This document shows positions 60,250-64,000 of a stretch of DNA of 64,000 bases, piece after piece; the stretch's first letter is position 1, and each line of letters begins with the position of its first letter. Below the pieces are notes generated by a model, which worked only from the letters and a program-made list of their open reading frames with translations, was not told where the DNA came from and did no database searches. Source of the DNA: Candidatus Nealsonbacteria bacterium. Its GTDB lineage: Bacteria; Patescibacteriota; Minisyncoccia; Minisyncoccales; JBGOYX01. A program made the position numbers and the translations under genes. Where the stretch lies: the NCBI GenBank assembly GCA_963820485.1, contig CAWFZW010000004.1, positions 61,743 through 125,742 on the forward strand. The letters run 5' to 3'.

Positions 60250-61982
60250 TTATTTAAAAAATTTTAACATTTTCTCTAATGGCCAGCAATTTATTATATC
60301 TTCTTTTTCCGCCCAGCCTCTTCTCGCTTGAGCAATACCAAACTCCATAAAACGCATTTGGTCTTTATGATGAGAGTCTGTGTTTATTATCATTTTTACT
60401 CCAACTTCTTTTGCCCGACGGATATTTTGGTCATTCAAATCTAATCTTTCTGGCCAAGCGCTTATCTCCAAAATAGTTCCCGTTTCTTTTGCTACTCTTA
60501 AAATTTTATCAAAATCTATTTGATATTCGTCTCTTCTTTTCAAGATTCTGCCAGTTGGATGGGAAATTATGTCCACATTGGGATTTTTCATTGCTTTTAT
60601 TATTCTTTCTGTCATTTTTTCACGAGGCATTTTAAAACTTGAGTGGATTCCAGCAATAACAAAATCTAATTTTTTCAGTGTTTCGTCATTAATATCAATT
60701 GAGCCATCGTTTAAAATATTCGTTTCAGCTCCTTTAAGAATGCGGAAATTCAATCCGCCGACCGGCAGATTGAATTTTTCATTTAATTTATCTATTTCTT
60801 TGTTCCGCTGGATAATTCTTTTTTCGTCTAAACCGTGTTCAATTCTCAAAAATTTCGTATGGTCGGCAATTCCCAACATATTCATACCTCATTTTTAATC
60901 GCAGCTTTCGCCATATCTACAATTGAATTTGCTCCCCCGTCCCAATCCGAATGACAATGTAAATCTCCTTTAATATCGCCGTAATCAATAATTTTAGGAA
61001 GTTTATGTTTTAAAGCGACTTCAATTTCTCCTTGATTTTCTCTCATTTCCGGCGGCGGGCACTGCATTCCAAGAGCTCTGTAAATTCCTTCTTCATTCTC
61101 GCCAGCTATCATTCTTGCTCCTCGAAAAAGACCGTATTCTGAAAGTTTTAAACCCTTATCAATGGCAATTTTTCTCAAAGCGATATTGTGTTCTTTTGAA
61201 CCTGTGAAATATTGCAAAGCTGCTCCGTAAGATTTTTTAGGCAAAACCCTGATATCCATATCAAATCCCTCTCTCATTCTGATAGAAGCTTTTGTGCTTC
61301 CCTTGCCCCAAATTTTTTCTATACCCGGCAAAGAAGTGAAAAAATCCATTACTTTTTCCGGTTTTTTTGAAATGACCAAAAGGTCAACATCGCCAATTGT
61401 TTCTTTCATTCGTCTTACAGAGCCCGCTGTTGAGATTTCTTCTACTTCTTTTAAACTTTTTAATTTTTCAAAAACTTCTTTAACGATTGGTAAAATCTCT
61501 CCCAATAAAAATCTTCCTTTTGACCTTTTCAAAAATTCAATTCCTTCTAAAATATTTTTTTCAGTTTTTTCGCCAAAACCGAATAAAGGGGCGATTTTGT
61601 GGGTTTTAGCTGCTTTTTCCAAGGTTTTTAAATCCCTGATGCCCAATTTTTGATAAAGAATTTTGACTTTTTTGGGACCCATTCCTTCAACCCTTATTAA
61701 TTCATCCAATTTCAAGGGAAGCCGTTTTTTAAATTGCTCATAGTATTTTATCTTGCCGGTTTTTATATATTCTTCAATTTTTTCGGCAATACTTTTTCCT
61801 ACGCCGGGAATTCCTTCTAATTTTTTAATTCCTCCTTTTTTGTAAATATCCTCAACATCTTCTTCTAAGGTTTCCAAATTAATAGCTGCTTTTTCATAAG
61901 CATAAGGTTTAAAAGCCACCTCTTCCATTTCAAGAAAAGAGGCAATTTCGTAAAATATCTTAGCTATTTCTTGATTCTTCAT
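60250..61982 (-). CDS. polX: family X DNA polymerase with C-terminal PHP domain (frameshift near 60885)
   Basis: Fragments 60882..61982 (HhH motifs GIPGVGKSIAEKI and GMGPKKV; catalytic GDVDLLV) and 60250..60885 (PHP histidinol-phosphatase-like domain). Confidence 0.88.
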
Positions 61983-61991
61983 AGAAAAATT

Positions 61992-62393
61992 TTATTCTAC
62001 TATTTTTATGATTATCTCTCTTTCTCTTGGTTGATTATCAAAATCAATAAGAACGATTTGTTGCCAAGTACCCAAAACTAATTTTCCATTTTCAATGGGA
62101 ACAGTCAGAGAAGGCTTCATTAAAGCCGCTCTGATATGGGCATAACCGTTACAATCTCCCCACTTTTTACAATGCTCATAATTCTCATTCATTGGAGCTA
62201 CAATTTCCAAGGCTCTTTTTAAATCTTTGATGGCTCCTTCTTCATATTCAATTGTGGTTAGAGCACAGGTTGAATGGGCGACAAAAATTAAACAAACCCC
62301 TTCATCAACTTTTGATTTTTCCACTTCTTTTTCTACTTGATGAGTAATATCAACAACATCTGTAAATCCCTTAGTATGAATTGAAAATCTCAT
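61992..62393 (-). CDS. yjbQ: YjbQ/UPF0047 family protein (secondary thiamine-phosphate synthase-like)
   Basis: 133 aa with a family-typical pattern (HSTCALTTIEYEEG, NGYAHIRAALM, GTWQQIVLIDFD). Module copy G has TAAGAT 7 nt before the ATG. Confidence 0.8.
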   Translation of the reverse strand: MRFSIHTKGFTDVVDITHQVEKEVEKSKVDEGVCLIFVAHSTCALTTIEYEEGAIKDLKRALEIVAPMNENYEHCKKWGDCNGYAHIRAALMKPSLTVPIENGKLVLGTWQQIVLIDFDNQPREREIIIKIVE

Positions 62394-62400
62394 ATATTTT

Positions 62401-62473
62401 ATCTTACCAAAAAACCGCCTTTAGGCGATTTTTTGTTCGGCAGGTCGTGTCTAGCGGACGATGTTAGAACCTG
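62401..62473 (-). repeat. junction module copy G
   Basis: Minus strand reads AACAGGTTCTAACATCGTCCGCTAGACACGACCTGCCGAACAAAAAATCGCCTAAAGGCGGTTTTTTGGTAAGAT. The first 12 nt are the last codons (N R F stop) of ORF 62464..62895. Confidence 0.7.
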
Positions 62474-62895
62474 TTTAGTAATAAAACAATAAAATTTACC
62501 ACTAAAAAAGATAAAATGGAAAAAATAAGTAAAATAATTATACCAGAAAGTGTTGAAATCGGTTTATTCCAATGGAAGCGTGGATAAAAACAAGAAACAA
62601 AAGCAATAATTGCGGTAAGTCCAAATAAAAATAATGATTGAATAACAGCATCGGTATCATAATTAAAAATCTTTAAAAAATACCAACCCTCATTTAAAAT
62701 AAATATCCCATTTACAAACCAACTAACTCTATCTCCAATGGTTGGATTTTCTTTAACAAATACCAAACCATCTTTAATAAAAATTCCGGGAAGTCTCTTT
62801 CCTAAAGCTAAATAAAACAAACTTATGTATAAACCAATTGGAGTTAAATAAAGTAATCTTATAATTAAATTTACGAAAATATCTATTAATTTCAT
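62464..62895 (-). CDS. hypothetical integral membrane protein (cassette ORF)
   Basis: 143 aa, 4 hydrophobic segments. Module copy H has TAAAAT 6 nt before the ATG. Confidence 0.6.
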   Translation of the reverse strand: MKLIDIFVNLIIRLLYLTPIGLYISLFYLALGKRLPGIFIKDGLVFVKENPTIGDRVSWFVNGIFILNEGWYFLKIFNYDTDAVIQSLFLFGLTAIIAFVSCFYPRFHWNKPISTLSGIIILLIFSILSFLVVNFIVLLLNRF

Positions 62896-62901
62896 TTTTT
62901 C

Positions 62902-62936
62902 ATTTTACCAAAAAACCGCCTGATTGGCGATTTTTT
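62902..62936 (-). repeat. junction module copy H
   Basis: Minus strand reads AAAAAATCGCCAATCAGGCGGTTTTTTGGTAAAAT. Confidence 0.7.
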
Positions 62937-62958
62937 GTTTACAATTACTCGCTGAATT

Positions 62959-63414
62959 TTATATACCAACATTTTGCTGAATTTGGCTTTCGGTTTTTTC
63001 GGTATTTTGGATATATTTTTTACTAATAATATAGAATAGAAAGGCTGCAATAATAAATCCGACGAAAGAATATACAAGAGCTATACCGGTTGCTTTTCCT
63101 ATAAGAATATTGAGTAAAATATATCCTCCATTTAGAACAACAAGATATGTTGTTGCTAAATTTATAATCTTATCTTTATTTTCAATAATATAAGTTTTCT
63201 TAAGGTAATTTGCAGAATAAATTGTTCCAAGCCAAATGGATAGAATCCTTATCACTAATAAAAATACCATTATTAAAAGTGATGACCCAAGTTTAATTAA
63301 CGGTAATAAAATAAAAGTTGCGACAAGACCTATTATAAATGGTATCGCAAAGCCAGCTGTTAGATAATGGGTCGCTGCAATATACCAATTAGATGATTTC
63401 TTTTTTTCTTTCAT
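62959..63414 (-). CDS. hypothetical integral membrane protein (cassette ORF)
   Basis: 151 aa, 4 hydrophobic segments. Module copy I is 45 nt upstream. Confidence 0.6.
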   Translation of the reverse strand: MKEKKKSSNWYIAATHYLTAGFAIPFIIGLVATFILLPLIKLGSSLLIMVFLLVIRILSIWLGTIYSANYLKKTYIIENKDKIINLATTYLVVLNGGYILLNILIGKATGIALVYSFVGFIIAAFLFYIISKKYIQNTEKTESQIQQNVGI

Positions 63415-63459
63415 TTTATGTAAATGTGATCATCTTAATAATTAACCGACCTTTACATA

Positions 63460-63490
63460 ATCCTACCAAAAAACCGCCTTCTTGGCGATT
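63460..63490 (-). repeat. junction module copy I
   Basis: Minus strand reads AATCGCCAAGAAGGCGGTTTTTTGGTAGGAT. Confidence 0.7.
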
Positions 63491-63615
63491 AAACCCTTAC
63501 TTCCAACTCAAACTTTGGCTAATTCCCTTCTCCCCTCCCAAACTTTTTTACTTACCTCGCTTCTTGAAAGTAGTTCTACTTTTGTAAACACCCTGAATGA
63601 TTCTTCTTTACAACC

Positions 63616-63644
63616 AATCCCTTAGTGTGAATTGAAAATCTCAT
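63616..63644 (-). pseudogene. orphan second copy of the first 29 nt of yjbQ
   Basis: ATGAGATTTTCAATTCACACTAAGGGATT versus ATGAGATTTTCAATTCATACTAAGGGATT at 62393-62365 (28/29). Lies 10 nt downstream of the UPF0104 gene stop. Confidence 0.8.
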
Positions 63645-63654
63645 GGCTTGAAAT

Positions 63655-64000
63655 TTAATGAAAGTTTTCTTCAGAATGATAAATTTTTGTAAAATTGTCT
63701 ATCTTTTTAAAAAGCATGTTTTTGATTATCTTAACTCCGAAATGGAATAAAATCACCACTCCAAACAAAGCTATAAATAATTCAGCCCCCCTGATAATCA
63801 TAGTAAAAGCGGTGGCGGTAGGAAGCCCCAATTTAAGAGAATTAAAGGCGAAAGTTTGAATTGCTTCATGAGAGCCTAAGGCCGTTGGGATAGGAATCAT
63901 TGATGCTAAATAAGTAAAACCTAATATAGATAAAGCAGGTAACCACCCGATATTTTTTCCTAAAAAAAGTATTAAAAACCAACCCCTCAAATACATTACG
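63655..64000 (-). CDS. UPF0104 / flippase-like (lysylphosphatidylglycerol synthase TM region) membrane protein, C-terminal part (5' end outside the window)
   Basis: ORF open to the window end. ASMIPIPTALGSHEAIQTFAF and IIRGAELF patterns typical of the family. Confidence 0.65.
   Translation of the reverse strand, partial: VMYLRGWFLILFLGKNIGWLPALSILGFTYLASMIPIPTALGSHEAIQTFAFNSLKLGLPTATAFTMIIRGAELFIALFGVVILFHFGVKIIKNMLFKKIDNFTKIYHSEENFH

Overview
A 64 kb, AT-rich, very gene-dense bacterial chromosome segment with most genes on the minus strand. The content is streamlined housekeeping. It includes anaerobic ribonucleotide reductase (nrdD/nrdG), ftsZ-ftsA, six aminoacyl-tRNA synthetases (hisS, leuS, metG, glyQS, ileS, argS), and replication/repair genes (topA, mfd, dprA, recO, polX, ogt). 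It also carries folD-glyA, tsaC/tsaD, a cell-wall block (GlmU-like, yvcK, murA, glmS), iorAB, a compact smpB-ssrA(tmRNA)-infC-rpmI-rplT cluster and one tRNA-Leu(CAA). The gene set, small gene sizes and a pilin-like surface protein suggest a Candidate Phyla Radiation / Patescibacteria-type organism; this is inference only. No CRISPR array, rRNA, transposase, integrase or recognisable defence system was seen. Many essential genes are split into adjacent or overlapping ORF fragments by frameshifts that fall at homopolymer runs. I read these as sequence errors and annotate the merged gene spans.

Four things are worth a second look:
1. Small accessory ORFs are arranged as cassettes, each preceded by the same hairpin + extended -10 junction module (10 copies). 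Three insertion sites are flanked by duplicated termini of the neighbouring core gene (murA 3' end, yjbQ 5' end) or by a tRNA 3' fragment.
2. A ~660 nt G+C-rich, stop-codon-dense, hairpin-rich candidate structured RNA has its own promoter and terminator and I could not assign it to a known family.
3. A second G+C-rich non-coding block holds a ~147 nt structured leader upstream of small hydrophobic ORFs.
4. Canonical promoters abut start codons, implying leaderless mRNAs.

Coordinates read by eye may be off by 1-2 nt.
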